From: Limnochordia bacterium
GTDB lineage: Bacteria; Bacillota; Limnochordia; Darwinibacteriales; DTU012
Direction of reading: 5' to 3'
Assembly (NCBI GenBank): GCA_007116145.1
Contig: SKJB01000050.1
Coordinates: forward strand, 1,638 to 65,637
DNA: 64,000 bases
Each line of letters opens with the position of its first letter. Positions within the stretch are counted from its first letter, which is position 1. The notes beneath the pieces are model-generated. The model did not search any database. It worked only from the letters and a program-made list of their open reading frames with translations, and was not told the DNA's origin. Shown one piece after another: positions 40,239 to 51,658 of this stretch. The position numbers and the translations under genes were made by a program.

Positions 40239-42209
40239 CTATATGGCAGACGGTCTTACGACAATCGGTCTAGTGATCTCCCGTGGGAAAATATGACGAA
40301 TAATTTCTTCTACAGAGTTAACAGCAATGACTTTAATACCCGGTAACTCTAGGGCTAATTCTTGTCGGTTAGCAGCAGGGATAAAAATGGTTCGAATTCC
40401 TGCTTGGCGCGCTCCGTACACTTTAGCTTGAACACCACCAACCGGCTTTATTCTTCCTTGTAATGATATTTCACCGGTTACTGCAATATCCTGTGGAATG
40501 GGTAGTTTACGAATCGCGCTATACATTGCTAACATGATCGCTACTCCTGCAGATGGCCCATCAATCTTGCCTCCACCCACAATGTTAACATGAATATCGT
40601 AATCGTTTAACTCCTCTCCCGTTAGACGGCGAAAGACAGTAGCTGCATTAAACACGCTATCCTTAGCCATGCTGCCCGCAGTATCGTTGAAGCGTACTAA
40701 GCCCTTCCCCCGCTGATTACTCGTGAATGCTATGGCTTCAAGCTCTAACACCGAGCCTAGAAATCCACTAACACCGAGCCCAAAAATCTTACCGATTTCC
40801 TGCGTGTCTGAAGCAGTAATCTGATTGTAAGGCGTTAAACGAGCGGATTGAATAACTTCTGTTATATCTGCTTGTTCAATAACACCAGAAACCACTGTCT
40901 CGTCGCCAGCTTCGAGCCACCGGTAAAGGGCCACACTATAAGCGTCGGCTAACAGCCTAGTTGCTTGACGTCCTTCGATTGTGTAATCCGCTATCGTGGT
41001 AATCACTTCTGGCTTCGCACAGATCTCTAAACGCTGCGCTGCATTCTCGACAATGCTCCCTATATCCACTGGAGTCAAGGGATCAAAGAAGATCTCCGCA
41101 CAGCGTGACCGCAGCGCTGGATTGATTTCTGATGGGTCTCTTGTTGTGGCTCCGATTAACACGAAATCGGCGGGAGCGCCTTCGGTAAAAAGCTTCTGAA
41201 TATATTTTGGTGTATTCGGATCGTCAGGATCAAAGTAGGCTGAGTCAAACATCACGCGCTTATCCTCGAGCACTTTTAGCAATTTATTCTGCAAAATCGC
41301 ATCCAATTCACCAATTTCATCAATAAATAGCACACCGCCATGAGCTTGAGTCACTAATCCAAGCTTCGGTTCGGGAATTGCTCCATCAGCTAACTCTCTT
41401 TTAGCTCCTTGGTAGATCGGATCGTGGACAGACCCTAATAATGGATTCGTCACATCTCTAGGATCCCAGCGTAATGTAGTACCATCAACTTCGACAAAAG
41501 CTGCATCCTCTAAAAAAGGTGAGAATTTGCGAACCTTTGATTCTGCAAGGGCAAGTCGGGCTGCTGTGGTTTTACCCACACCAGGTGGACCATATAAAAT
41601 GATATGTTGTGGAAACGGTGAACTGAGCTTAGACAATAAAGCTCTGATTGCGTGCGACTGGCCGATCACTTGTGTGATCTCTGTGGGACGCATCATTTCC
41701 ATGGCTGACCGAGAGAGCTTTTTTTGTTCTAACACCTCAAGCTCTGCATATTTTCTCAACGTTTGGGCGTTATCTGCACCCGTTTCTTCTTTGAGTACTT
41801 GGGAGCGGATTTCCTTTAGATACTCTTGATGCTTTGCTTGCACACGTTCGTTTATCTTACGTTCTAACGATTCTTCCACCGTGCGTCTAGCTAGAATTTC
41901 TGCTAAACTATTCTCAAGTTTATCTAAAACACCGGCCACTTCATCCTCTGTATAGGTTCGCTCTATGGTGGGATCTCCATATACTAGGCGTTCTAAAGCA
42001 ATCATTTGGTCCGACAGGTTCTCGGATCGCATTAAGTGGAGCGCATTAAGCTTACCGGCTTTTAACACTAATTGATCCGACCCATTTATTTCAATGAGAA
42101 GATCAAACATCGCAGTAATCTTAACCTGACTATCTTCAGTCTTTAACTGAAGACTGGCTTCTGCAGTCGGCTTTTTGGTTTTCCGTAGCTTGTCAATCAG
42201 TCTTTTCAC
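40239..42209 (-). CDS. lonC: Lon-family ATP-dependent protease LonC
   Basis: GPPGVGKT, LFIDEIGE, DGPSAG catalytic Ser, PVGGVQAK; follows rplI. Confidence 0.9.
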   Translation of the reverse strand: MKRLIDKLRKTKKPTAEASLQLKTEDSQVKITAMFDLLIEINGSDQLVLKAGKLNALHLMRSENLSDQMIALERLVYGDPTIERTYTEDEVAGVLDKLENSLAEILARRTVEESLERKINERVQAKHQEYLKEIRSQVLKEETGADNAQTLRKYAELEVLEQKKLSRSAMEMMRPTEITQVIGQSHAIRALLSKLSSPFPQHIILYGPPGVGKTTAARLALAESKVRKFSPFLEDAAFVEVDGTTLRWDPRDVTNPLLGSVHDPIYQGAKRELADGAIPEPKLGLVTQAHGGVLFIDEIGELDAILQNKLLKVLEDKRVMFDSAYFDPDDPNTPKYIQKLFTEGAPADFVLIGATTRDPSEINPALRSRCAEIFFDPLTPVDIGSIVENAAQRLEICAKPEVITTIADYTIEGRQATRLLADAYSVALYRWLEAGDETVVSGVIEQADITEVIQSARLTPYNQITASDTQEIGKIFGLGVSGFLGSVLELEAIAFTSNQRGKGLVRFNDTAGSMAKDSVFNAATVFRRLTGEELNDYDIHVNIVGGGKIDGPSAGVAIMLAMYSAIRKLPIPQDIAVTGEISLQGRIKPVGGVQAKVYGARQAGIRTIFIPAANRQELALELPGIKVIAVNSVEEIIRHIFPREITRPIVVRPSAI

Positions 42210-42222
42210 AAGACATTCCCCT

Positions 42223-42669
42223 TTAGTTTTTTACTACCTGGACAATAATTGATGTTTGTACTTTTGGATGAATACGAATGCCAATGGTATAGGTTCCTAG
42301 ATTCTTGATTGGCTCACTAAGCTCAATTTTCCTTTTGTCAACTTCTACCTTATATTGCTTTTTTAGCCGATCAGCAATTTCTTGACTGGTAATCGACCCA
42401 AAAAGTTTACCCCCTTCACCAACTTTAGCATGCATTTGTAGTTTTTTTCCTTCCACCTGATTAGCAATTGCTTGCGCATTCTTGATCACCCGATCGCGCT
42501 TGTTCTGCTCAGCTTTTTTATCCGACGTTACTTTTTTTAGATTACCCTCTGTTGCTTCCACAGCAAGACCGCGAGGATAGAGGAAATTACGTCCATATCC
42601 TTCGGCTACTGTAACGATATCACCCTTTTTACCAAGGCTTTTTACATCTTTTTGTAGAATAACTTTCAA
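42223..42669 (-). CDS. rplI: 50S ribosomal protein L9
   Basis: [23 protein letters not shown]. Confidence 0.97.
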   Translation of the reverse strand: MKVILQKDVKSLGKKGDIVTVAEGYGRNFLYPRGLAVEATEGNLKKVTSDKKAEQNKRDRVIKNAQAIANQVEGKKLQMHAKVGEGGKLFGSITSQEIADRLKKQYKVEVDKRKIELSEPIKNLGTYTIGIRIHPKVQTSIIVQVVKN

Positions 42670-42672
42670 TGT

Positions 42673-43623
42673 TTAGACCTCCGTCTCATTACCTTTTTTT
42701 AATTTGCGAAAATCAAACCAGGTATCAAAAATACCGAAAAATGCAATGGCGATACTAAAGAAATTTCCCGATTGAATGATCAAAAAGATCAAAATGATCC
42801 TAAGAATCTTGTTCACATTATACGTATTCAAGTAAAACCAGATAATCGCGAATCCTTGGATAACAAACGCATAGAGAAAGAAGAAGTACAAGTTAATCGC
42901 AATTATATGCCAGATCTCACTTGTTGTATACAAAGAAAGAACAGAAAACGATAAGCCAAAAATAATCCCATAGACAAAATACCAGGGCCACTGCCAGGTG
43001 GAAAAGGGTGGAAGCCAAGGTATACTCGTATCCCCTAAGCGCCTTAAGATAAAGCGGATGACACCTAAATTGACTAACGTAAACAGAAACCCACCCATTA
43101 CTAGGGATAATGGAATTGCGGTTCGTAATAGTTCCACCATTATGAGCACTTGCTCTTCGGACTCTGCGATCAATTCTGGGCTAAATCCCAAATCTTGATA
43201 GAATTCTAGACTTTGTGTTAGTCCTTTTTCCCACATTTCAAAGGCTAAGGTTAGCAAATTTTCGCCAAATAGTAGTGAGTACACAAAAATCTGCAACAAA
43301 AAAGTAATCACGGAAGATACTACCCCCACTAGTAGTAACTGGGCAAAATGAAACGATTCCCTTAAGCCCATACCTAGAGCAATACCAAGTACTCCAATAA
43401 TCAGTACTTGTACGGAGAAGAGTAGGTTGCTAAGCGTAATTGCCACTAAAAAAGATGATGTTACAGAAACCAGAATTCCACTGCGTAAACCATGACGATA
43501 CACTAGTATACCTAGGGGAACAGGCAAGATAAAACTCATAAAAGAAATGTAGCGCCCCATTAGCGCAATTAATACCGTAATAGCTGCTAGCATTGCTCCC
43601 TCTGTTAGAGCATGTGTGCGCAA
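42673..43623 (-). CDS. yybS: YybS/DUF2232 membrane protein
   Basis: LTEGAMLAAI N-terminus, polytopic, ends FDTWFDFRK; upstream of rplI. Confidence 0.85.
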   Translation of the reverse strand: MRTHALTEGAMLAAITVLIALMGRYISFMSFILPVPLGILVYRHGLRSGILVSVTSSFLVAITLSNLLFSVQVLIIGVLGIALGMGLRESFHFAQLLLVGVVSSVITFLLQIFVYSLLFGENLLTLAFEMWEKGLTQSLEFYQDLGFSPELIAESEEQVLIMVELLRTAIPLSLVMGGFLFTLVNLGVIRFILRRLGDTSIPWLPPFSTWQWPWYFVYGIIFGLSFSVLSLYTTSEIWHIIAINLYFFFLYAFVIQGFAIIWFYLNTYNVNKILRIILIFLIIQSGNFFSIAIAFFGIFDTWFDFRKLKKGNETEV

Positions 43624-43712
43624 ACCCTCACCTCCATCGACTACTATTTCTGCATCGCTAATGTATAGTCCTTCTCCCAACTTTATCCGCTTACTTCTTT
43701 GAGTTCGTTAAT

Positions 43713-43737
43713 AAAAAAAGAGCAGCATAGCTGCCCC
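43713..43737 (-). terminator. Terminator after rpsR
   Basis: GGGGCAGC-TAT-GCTGCTCT followed by T-tract. Confidence 0.7.
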
Positions 43738-43742
43738 GTTTA

Positions 43743-43973
43743 TTACTCAATTGTGTACGGCATTAATGCCATATGTCGCGCCCGTTTAATTGCTGATGTT
43801 AACTGACGCTGATGAATTGCACAGTTACCAGAAATTCGTCGGGGTAAAATCTTACCTCGCTCTGTTACATATCTCCGTAACTTGTTGATCTCTTTATAAT
43901 CAATTGCGCTGATTTTTTCAACGCAGAACGAACAGACCTTTCTCCGGCCTCTGCGACCTCTTTCTTTGGCCAT
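43743..43973 (-). CDS. rpsR: 30S ribosomal protein S18 (Zn-binding type)
   Basis: [25 protein letters not shown]. Confidence 0.97.
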   Translation of the reverse strand: MAKERGRRGRRKVCSFCVEKISAIDYKEINKLRRYVTERGKILPRRISGNCAIHQRQLTSAIKRARHMALMPYTIE

Positions 43974-43997
43974 TATCTCGCCTCCAAATCTCATAGA

Positions 43998-44402
43998 TTA
44001 GAATGGAACATCATCAAATCCAGATTCGGGCGGACCAGCCTGATCCCTACTATTACTGTTATCACTAGTATCGCCATCACGGTCTCGACGGTCCAAGAAG
44101 CGGACTTGGTCAGCAACAATTTCGGCGGCTTTACGTCGAATACCATTTTGATCATCATACGACCGGATCTGCAAACGACCATCAACGGCAACTAATCGAC
44201 CTTTATTTAGGTGATTTGCGCAAGTTTCTGCTTGTTTACGCCAGGTTACAATGTCAATAAAATCTGCTTCCCTCTCACCACCAGCTGTGGTAAAGGGACG
44301 ATCAACGGCTAATGTAAAACTAGTCACAGCTATACCGTTTTGTGTATAGCGCAATTGTGGATCAGCGACTAAGCGCCCAATGAGGATAACTTTGTTCAAC
44401 AA
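43998..44402 (-). CDS. ssb: Single-stranded DNA-binding protein
   Basis: NKVILIGRL, EADFI, ends DDVPF. Confidence 0.97.
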   Translation of the reverse strand: MLNKVILIGRLVADPQLRYTQNGIAVTSFTLAVDRPFTTAGGEREADFIDIVTWRKQAETCANHLNKGRLVAVDGRLQIRSYDDQNGIRRKAAEIVADQVRFLDRRDRDGDTSDNSNSRDQAGPPESGFDDVPF

Positions 44403-44420
44403 AACAACTCACTCCTTTGC

Positions 44421-44711
44421 TCATTCTTCTTCTTTTCGAACGAGCAGAAAACGCACAACTTCATCGGTAATTTTCAAGACACGGTCGACTTCAGTAGTCG
44501 CGTCGTTTCCTGCTTTAAAATCCATTACCACATAGAAGCCATCGGTGTTCTCGTTTACCTCATAAGCCAGTCTGCGCTTACCCCATTTTTCAACTTTTGC
44601 GATCTCACCATTTCTCGAAGTGATAATCGCACTAATTTTTTCTAGGACTCCTTCAATTGCTGTTTCATCTAAAGTTGATCGTAAAATCATCATCATTTCA
44701 TAGGAACGCAC
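44421..44711 (-). CDS. rpsF: 30S ribosomal protein S6
   Basis: MRSYE, WGKRRLAY. Confidence 0.97.
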   Translation of the reverse strand: MRSYEMMMILRSTLDETAIEGVLEKISAIITSRNGEIAKVEKWGKRRLAYEVNENTDGFYVVMDFKAGNDATTEVDRVLKITDEVVRFLLVRKEEE

Positions 44712-44714
44712 CGT

Positions 44715-44770
44715 AGCTCACCTCCTCCCTATGGACATAGGCCCTAAGCTATCAACTTAGAGCAGGGCAT
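44715..44770 (-). promoter_or_regulatory. S6:S18 autoregulatory leader of rpsF
   Basis: CCCTGCTCTAAG...CTTAGGGCC...GTCCA...GGAGGAGGTG hairpin next to the SD, at the expected position. Confidence 0.65.
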
Positions 44771-44800
44771 GTTCATTATACCACTATGTTTGATAAAAAG

Positions 44801-45886
44801 TCAAACATTGAATCGAAATAAAACGACATCACCGCAAGCTATCGGATAATCTCGCCCTTCAATCCGCACAAGTCCCTGCTCACGAGCATTAGCTAAAGAT
44901 CCTGCCATTAGTAGATTCGTACTCGAGACCACTTCCGCACGGATAAATCCTCGTTCCATATCACTATGGATCTTACCCGCAGCTTGTGGGGCTAGGGTGC
45001 CGTCGGGAACCAGCCATGCTCTAGTCTCTACTCCTTTAACGGTGTAGAAGGTGAGTAAACCTAATAGCTCCACACTAGCATGAATTAGGCGATGTACTCC
45101 AAATTCCGTGCACCCTAACTCCTGTAAGAAAGCATACGCTTCCTCAGCCGGCAACTCGGCGAATTCAGCTTCTAAGCCGGCAGCTATTGGAATTACTTCG
45201 CTGTGCTCCTTGCTTGCCTTGGCAACCAAGGGTGCTAACTTCTGCTTACTCTCTTCGCTGTTGCTATCGGTTTCGCTAATGTTTGCGACATAGAGTACAG
45301 GTTTATTCGTTAACAAGTGCAGATCAGTAGGGAATACACTCTCTTGGTTGCGAGCTGGAATACCCTGGTTTAAAAGGACTAAAATCTCATCCAGCTGCTG
45401 CATTTCCGCTTTATAGCGCGTTTCTCCTGTTTTTAATAAACGCTGCGTTTTTTCTTTGCGCGTTTCTACCGCTTGAATATCTGCAAGTAATAATTCAGTG
45501 TCGATAGTCTCCAGATCGGCTAGACCCCCTGTTTGACCTGGTGATAACGAAACGTTATCATCCTCAAAGAGTCTAACCACATGAATGATCGCATCCACCT
45601 CACGGATATGTGCTAAAAATTGATTGCCTAATCCATCTCCGCGACTTGCTCCCTTTACAAGACCGGCAATGTCGACAAAATGCATAACTGCGCCGGTTAT
45701 AGTCTTCGGTTTCACAATTTTAGCGACATCAAGCAGCCGCTGATCGGGAATTGTTACCACGCCGACATTTGGTTCTATCGTACAAAAAGGATAATTGAGC
45801 GCGGGAACCGAAGACTTCGTTAGTGCATTAAAGAGTGTCGATTTCCCGACATTCGGTAATCCAATAATACCAATATAAAGTGACAT
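44801..45886 (-). CDS. ychF: Ribosome-binding ATPase YchF
   Basis: GLPNVGKST, NYPFCTIEPN, DIAGLV, IHSDMERGFIRAE. Confidence 0.96.
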   Translation of the reverse strand: MSLYIGIIGLPNVGKSTLFNALTKSSVPALNYPFCTIEPNVGVVTIPDQRLLDVAKIVKPKTITGAVMHFVDIAGLVKGASRGDGLGNQFLAHIREVDAIIHVVRLFEDDNVSLSPGQTGGLADLETIDTELLLADIQAVETRKEKTQRLLKTGETRYKAEMQQLDEILVLLNQGIPARNQESVFPTDLHLLTNKPVLYVANISETDSNSEESKQKLAPLVAKASKEHSEVIPIAAGLEAEFAELPAEEAYAFLQELGCTEFGVHRLIHASVELLGLLTFYTVKGVETRAWLVPDGTLAPQAAGKIHSDMERGFIRAEVVSSTNLLMAGSLANAREQGLVRIEGRDYPIACGDVVLFRFNV

Positions 45887-45990
45887 AAACGCCTCCTACT
45901 CTACCAAAACAAGGGGTCTATCCCTCACAAAAGAGCCAGTACACCTATTAGGTAAACAGAGAGTAAAAACCCTCTATTTTAACGATAATC

Positions 45991-47073
45991 TTAAGCATAC
46001 GATAGTATTTTTTTCAAGACAGCATCATTCTGTCGATTAATCTTCTCAAAGTCCATGTGAGGAGTGAACTTATCTTCTAACTGATCATGAATTACTTTCG
46101 CCTTCCGCAGCTGCTCAAAAGCTAAGTCTAGCAGCTCTTCGAAGAGAATGTGATTCTTATGGAGTGTTGGTTGGAATGCAGTCCGTTTTGCTTGGCATAG
46201 GCAATCATTCAAGTTGATCACAATCGCATGATCCGCTTCATAGATATGCGGAGGATACGATGAGATAATTGCAACATTTAACTTCGGTATCACCAGATGT
46301 TCTATGGATTCCGGTGCAATCGGGCAATGATAAGCCTCACTAGAGAGCCCACACTCCATGGCCCGTTGTGCTATTTTTGTAATCATTGTAGACTTGCCTG
46401 TTCCTGGTTCGCCTTTTAGAATATATTTACGTGTACAATTCTCTACAATACTATGCAACTCATTGACAGGACCTTGAGGGGTAATGCCCGATGCAAATAA
46501 GGAACGAATCTTCCCGACTGCAAGGCTAGACGTATAGTCCCCGAGAATCTCTTGGATTAAGTTTGTCGTTATACGATTGATCTTCCCAAAATCCATTGCA
46601 TTTTTGGTGATATCTTGAATATCCTCATAAATACATTTGGCAGCACGCAAATACCGATAAGCACGGGGATAACAGGCTGAATTCGCCTTTGTCAAACGGA
46701 TTATCTCTAAACGCTCCGCTTCAAGATTAGATGCATCCCAATACTGACCAAGATTAATGATTTCTTCCACACACCCTGGGTATTTTGGATCCATAACGTG
46801 CGGCGCTGTGCCATCAACAATCGCTACTTTAAGTTTGGGTACCACAATTCCATCTAACGATTGGGCGTCGGAGCTACAGTAGAATTCTTCGATATCATAT
46901 CCAAGGATCAGTAGTTGTTGTGCTATCTTTTTCATAAAACTTGATTTTCCGGTGCCCGGGCCGCCTTTTAGAATGAACACTCGGTTTGCATCATCGTCAA
47001 AGATATTATGATAAAACGAGTAGAAACCCTGCGTAGTGTTGCCCCCTGCAAAAACTTTTTTAACTCGGCTCAT
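45991..47073 (-). CDS. PRK06851-family double P-loop ATPase
   Basis: FAGGNTTQGF, KGGPGTGKS, DGTAPH, KGEPGTGKS; SigK-like CACC-N16-CATAGATT upstream. Confidence 0.8.
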   Translation of the reverse strand: MSRVKKVFAGGNTTQGFYSFYHNIFDDDANRVFILKGGPGTGKSSFMKKIAQQLLILGYDIEEFYCSSDAQSLDGIVVPKLKVAIVDGTAPHVMDPKYPGCVEEIINLGQYWDASNLEAERLEIIRLTKANSACYPRAYRYLRAAKCIYEDIQDITKNAMDFGKINRITTNLIQEILGDYTSSLAVGKIRSLFASGITPQGPVNELHSIVENCTRKYILKGEPGTGKSTMITKIAQRAMECGLSSEAYHCPIAPESIEHLVIPKLNVAIISSYPPHIYEADHAIVINLNDCLCQAKRTAFQPTLHKNHILFEELLDLAFEQLRKAKVIHDQLEDKFTPHMDFEKINRQNDAVLKKILSYA

Positions 47074-47162
47074 CAAAGATCCCCTTTCATTCTGAGTCCA
47101 CATCTTAATCTATGCACTCTAGCTGAAAAAGGTGCCAAATTTGCGCAAAAGCATTCCTTTCT

Positions 47163-47357
47163 TTAGTGCTTCGGTTTGTCCACTACTTCCTTCACCTGTT
47201 TTTCTATTTTGTGTCTAGGTACTAAAAGCACTCGCTCACAGGTGAAACATTTGATTCGCATATCTACCCCTGATTTTAGAACTTCCCAGCGATTGTCACC
47301 GCAAGGATGCACTTTCTTTAATATTAGTGTGGATCCCACATCAAACATTACTATCAC
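47163..47357 (-). CDS. DUF951 (YyzM-like) protein
   Basis: LKKVHPCG...W...DMRIKC..C. Confidence 0.85.
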   Translation of the reverse strand: MIVMFDVGSTLILKKVHPCGDNRWEVLKSGVDMRIKCFTCERVLLVPRHKIEKQVKEVVDKPKH

Positions 47358-47510
47358 CCCTTACAATTCATTATACATTGCGAATAGGTTTAGAGAAACA
47401 GTAATTTGGGAAATTTTTTCGTCTCTAAAAAAGAGGGGTTTCCCAGAGAGCAGCGAAAGGTAAACCGAACAAGTCAGAAAAAAACTGCCAAAAGAAAGGA
47501 AGATGTATTC

Positions 47511-48398
47511 TTGAAACCTGTAAAACTAATTGTTGTTGTACTTGCACTAACTCTTGTTTTGTCCCTTGGAGCCTTACAAACTTTAGCAAACAATGGGGAC
47601 ATTATTGCCCGAGTTAATGGAGTAGAAATTACGCAAGCTCAATTTTATGAAGCGTTAGAACGTGAAGCTGGGGCCTTTATTCTAAGTCAAATTATCCTTG
47701 ATGAACTTATTTCGCAAAAACAAGTTGAGTATAATGTCTATGTCAACGACGATGAACTAACGGAAGTCTTATTTGAGATAATCGATCAATTAGGCGGAAT
47801 AGAAGGTTTGCAAATGTTCTTGCAACAAAATCAAATCAATGAAGATCAACTCATTGAACAAGTTGAGTGGAATTTATTGATAAGCAAACTTACTAAGGCC
47901 GAAGTTATAGTCACAGATGAAGAGGTTGAAGCCTTTTTCAATGAAAACAAAGCCCAATTTGCTGTTAACGAGCAAGTAGAAGCAAGTCATATTCTCGTGG
48001 ATTCGCAAGAAAAAGCAGATGAGATTCTAGCTTTGCTTGCAGATCAAAGTTTTGCAGCATTAGCAAGACAATACTCTGTTGATCCAGGTTCGGGTGCTAA
48101 CGGTGGTTATTTAGGGGTATTTGGTCGTGGTATGATGGTGCCATCATTTGAAGATAAAGCCTTTTCTTTAAAACCTGACGAAATCGGAGTCGTCGAGAGT
48201 GACTTTGGCTTCCACATTATCCTCGTTATGGACCGGATAGAAGCACAAGAAGCCGATCTGGAAAACGCATGGGCTTCAGTGAAAGCCGCTTTACAAGAAA
48301 CCAAAGCCGTAAGTCCTGGGAATTATTTGGACAAACTAATGAGTACCTCTGATGTGGAGATTCAATCTGAACGCTATCGCAGTATGCTTCTCTTTTAG
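47511..48398 (+). CDS. Parvulin-type peptidyl-prolyl isomerase/foldase (PrsA/SurA-like)
   Basis: Signal peptide, ARVNGVEIT, ASHILV, GGYLG, FGFHII. Confidence 0.9.
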   Translation: MKPVKLIVVVLALTLVLSLGALQTLANNGDIIARVNGVEITQAQFYEALEREAGAFILSQIILDELISQKQVEYNVYVNDDELTEVLFEIIDQLGGIEGLQMFLQQNQINEDQLIEQVEWNLLISKLTKAEVIVTDEEVEAFFNENKAQFAVNEQVEASHILVDSQEKADEILALLADQSFAALARQYSVDPGSGANGGYLGVFGRGMMVPSFEDKAFSLKPDEIGVVESDFGFHIILVMDRIEAQEADLENAWASVKAALQETKAVSPGNYLDKLMSTSDVEIQSERYRSMLLF

Positions 48399-48409
48399 TA
48401 AGTGTCGCT

Positions 48410-48448
48410 AAACGCCTTATGGACCAAAAGGTCCATAAGGCGTTTTTT
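48410..48448. terminator. Bidirectional terminator between prsA-like and gcvPB
   Basis: AAACGCCTTATGGACC-AAAA-GGTCCATAAGGCGTTT. Confidence 0.85.
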
Positions 48449-49919
48449 AACTGTTTTCTTGCGTACTAAAACGCAATACCCGCTCTCGAGCTGCCCTAGT
48501 TTCATCTAAGCGACCGACTGGAGTCATACTTGGAGCGTTCTTAAAACTTTCTGCACTATCGATTGCCTCCTGGGCAATGCGTTGCATAAGAAAAATAAAG
48601 TGATCCAAAACCTCCTTGGACTCGGTCTCTGTGGGTTCCACCATAATGGCCTCCTCCACAATCAAAGGAAAGTAAATTGTTGGTGCATGAATGCCGTAAT
48701 CTAGCATGCGTTTAGCCATATCTAGAGTAGAAACTCCGACTTTCTTTTGCCATTTTCCGGAGAGCACAAACTCGTGCATACATAAGCGGTCATAAGGGAG
48801 AGCGAAATATTCTTTGAGATGATGCATTAAATAATTCGCGTTTAGTACTGCATTTTCACTGACTGCGCGCAGTCCCGGATACCCATGAGTGCGAATGTAA
48901 GCGTACGCACGAACCAAGACGCCAAAATTGCCATAGAAGGACTTCATACGACCGATACTATGTACAGGCTTAACGAGTGCATAGCCATTCGATCCTTTTT
49001 CGATGATTGGATAGGGCAAAAATGGTGCCAACTCTTGTTTAACAACAATGGGTCCTGCCCCTGGTCCGCCTCCCCCATGCGGTGTTGAGAATGTTTTGTG
49101 AAGATTAAAATGGACAATGTCAAATCCCATGTCGCCAGGGCGTACGATCCCAAGAATTGCATTGGCGTTTGCTCCGTCATAGTACAATAGTCCACCAGCT
49201 GCATGTACTAAATCAGCGATCTCAATGATGTTTTCATCAAAGAGTCCTAATGTATTAGGATTGGTAAGCATTAGGCCGGCTGTTTTCGGTCCTAATAGAC
49301 TCTTGAGGGCAGCTAAATCGACACCGCCCCGTTTATTAGAAACGACGGTTCGAACAGAAAATCCCGCCATCATAGCGCTTGCAGGGTTTGTTCCGTGCGC
49401 TGCATCGGGGATGATCATCTCTGTTCGTTGCTGATCTTCCCCATTCTGTTTGTGGAACGCCTTGATAATGAGGAGACCAGCCAATTCACCATGGGCTCCA
49501 GCTGCTGGTTGGAGTGTGGATTTGGCTAAACCCGAAATTTCCGCTAAATACGTATCAAGCTCGTACATCATCTCCAAGGCCCCATCTACCGTTGACGCGG
49601 GTTGGTAAGGATGAATCTGGCTAAATCCAGCTAGGGCTGCCATGTCTTCATGCACTCGTGGATTATACTTCATCGTGCATGATCCAAGCGGATAGAACCC
49701 GACATCGACACCGTGATTACGCCGTGATAGACCAGTAAAGTATCGCACTACCTCTAACTCACTCACCTCTGGTAACCGCGGTTCCTCAACGCGTAGATAC
49801 GCTGGCGGAATTAACTCCTGTAGGGGAACCTCCGGCACATCAAGTTCTGCTATTGTATACCCTGTACGGCCTTTGATTGACTGCTCTAACAGTAATGGAA
49901 TTTTAGTTTTTACTTCCAC
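48447..49919 (-). CDS. gcvPB: Glycine dehydrogenase subunit 2
   Basis: [42 protein letters not shown]. Confidence 0.96.
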   Translation of the reverse strand: MEVKTKIPLLLEQSIKGRTGYTIAELDVPEVPLQELIPPAYLRVEEPRLPEVSELEVVRYFTGLSRRNHGVDVGFYPLGSCTMKYNPRVHEDMAALAGFSQIHPYQPASTVDGALEMMYELDTYLAEISGLAKSTLQPAAGAHGELAGLLIIKAFHKQNGEDQQRTEMIIPDAAHGTNPASAMMAGFSVRTVVSNKRGGVDLAALKSLLGPKTAGLMLTNPNTLGLFDENIIEIADLVHAAGGLLYYDGANANAILGIVRPGDMGFDIVHFNLHKTFSTPHGGGGPGAGPIVVKQELAPFLPYPIIEKGSNGYALVKPVHSIGRMKSFYGNFGVLVRAYAYIRTHGYPGLRAVSENAVLNANYLMHHLKEYFALPYDRLCMHEFVLSGKWQKKVGVSTLDMAKRMLDYGIHAPTIYFPLIVEEAIMVEPTETESKEVLDHFIFLMQRIAQEAIDSAESFKNAPSMTPVGRLDETRAARERVLRFSTQENS

Positions 49920-51261
49920 GAGCGTAACCCCCTAACAAGCTAGCAAACTCGTCTATCTCTTCCTTCGTACGAGCTTCGGTTACTGCCATTAGTACTGAGT
50001 CGGATAATTCATTGTAAAAATGATTTAAGGGAAGTCCACTTAAGTATCCTTGTTGTATCATATGGTCTTGGACATCCTGCCAATTCACCTCACCGGTAAA
50101 AGCAACCTCTTTAAAGAAAGGAGCACTAAAGCGTTGCCGAAACCCGACTTTTTCCATCACAGAACGTAAGTACGCTGTCTTTTGCAGACATTGGTAGGCA
50201 ATCTGTTTTAGACCCGACTTTCCGACAAGTGATAGATAGATGGTTGCAACTAATGCATTTAATGCCTGATTTGTACAGATATTGGACGTCGCTTTTTCCC
50301 GACGAATATGTTGTTCTCTGGTTTGCAGGGTTAATACATACCCTCTATTTCCCTTAGCATCTGCTGTTTCACCCACAATACGTCCAGGCATTCTGCGAAT
50401 TAATCCGCTACCCGAGACCGCAAAAAAACCTACAGATGGGCCACCATAGCTTATTGGATTACCAAGTACACCCCCATCACCCACAACAATGTCTGCCCCA
50501 TACGCACCTGGTGATTTTAATAGACCTAAGCTAATGGGATCCACAGCCATAATCAGTAACCCCTGGTGTGATTTGATCCAACTTGCAATCGGATCAACGT
50601 CTTCAATACAACCAAAAAAGTTAGGTTGTTGGAGGACAACAGCTGCTAGTTCGGTGAGCCATGATTCTGTGGCTTCTGGTAATTGGACACATCCACTAGC
50701 AGAATCGTAAGGAAGCATAATAGTTTCAATATTCTGGCTTTCTAAATATATACGCACCACACTCGTCCATTCCGGATGAAGATTTTCGGGTAAGGCTACT
50801 TTGCTTCGGCGTGTTACATTACAGGCAAGCAAAGCAGCTTCTGCTAATGCTGTGGCACCATCATACATGGATGCATTTGCAACTTCCATGCCGGTTAATT
50901 CAGCAATTAGCGTCTGAAACTCAAAAATTGCTTGTAAAGTACCTTGGCTAATTTCTGCTTGATACGGAGTATATGCCGTTAGAAATTCCCCTCGTCCAGC
51001 TAGATGTGGAATGACACTTGGCCTTAGGTGATCATATGCACCAGCCCCGAGAAAACAAACCAATTGATCAAGTCCCATATTTTTTGCCGCTAAGCGCTGC
51101 ATATGCTTAACCAGCTTGCTTTCTGCCAACGGAGAGGGTAAGTCTAATGGTTTCGCTAACAGCGATTTCGGTATATCAGAAAAGAGTTCGCTGATCGTAC
51201 GAAACCCAATGGAATCTACCATGGCTAGCTGCTGTTCTTCGGTGTTGGGGATATAAGACAC
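49903..51261 (-). CDS. gcvPA: Glycine dehydrogenase subunit 1
   Basis: [37 protein letters not shown]. Confidence 0.96.
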   Translation of the reverse strand: MSYIPNTEEQQLAMVDSIGFRTISELFSDIPKSLLAKPLDLPSPLAESKLVKHMQRLAAKNMGLDQLVCFLGAGAYDHLRPSVIPHLAGRGEFLTAYTPYQAEISQGTLQAIFEFQTLIAELTGMEVANASMYDGATALAEAALLACNVTRRSKVALPENLHPEWTSVVRIYLESQNIETIMLPYDSASGCVQLPEATESWLTELAAVVLQQPNFFGCIEDVDPIASWIKSHQGLLIMAVDPISLGLLKSPGAYGADIVVGDGGVLGNPISYGGPSVGFFAVSGSGLIRRMPGRIVGETADAKGNRGYVLTLQTREQHIRREKATSNICTNQALNALVATIYLSLVGKSGLKQIAYQCLQKTAYLRSVMEKVGFRQRFSAPFFKEVAFTGEVNWQDVQDHMIQQGYLSGLPLNHFYNELSDSVLMAVTEARTKEEIDEFASLLGGYARGSKN

Positions 51262-51263
51262 AG

Positions 51264-51656
51264 CTAAACCTCCTTCAAATAGATCTCATACTCCTGATCA
51301 GTCATTAGATTATCTACGTACTCCTCGTCTTGCGGTTCAACGGATACAATCCATCCCTGTCCATAACAGTCTTCATTAATCAATTCTGGACTGTCTTCGA
51401 GACGATCGTTTACAGCTACGATTGTCCCATCAATCGGAGCAATTATTTCAGATACAGCTTTAACCGATTCGACAACCGTAAACGGCTCACCTTGAATCAG
51501 TTGATCATCAAGCGAGGGTACCTCTACGAATACAACATCACCGAGCTTGTCTTGGGCAAAATCAGTAATCCCTATTTTAATACTTGCACCTTCACACTTA
51601 ACCCACTCATGATCTTTACTATACAAAAGCCCTTTCGCTACTTGCACATTAAACAC
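51264..51656 (-). CDS. gcvH: Glycine cleavage H protein
   Basis: HEWV, GITDFAQDKLGD, lipoyl site ESVKA. Confidence 0.95.
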   Translation of the reverse strand: MFNVQVAKGLLYSKDHEWVKCEGASIKIGITDFAQDKLGDVVFVEVPSLDDQLIQGEPFTVVESVKAVSEIIAPIDGTIVAVNDRLEDSPELINEDCYGQGWIVSVEPQDEEYVDNLMTDQEYEIYLKEV

Positions 51657-51658
51657 TC

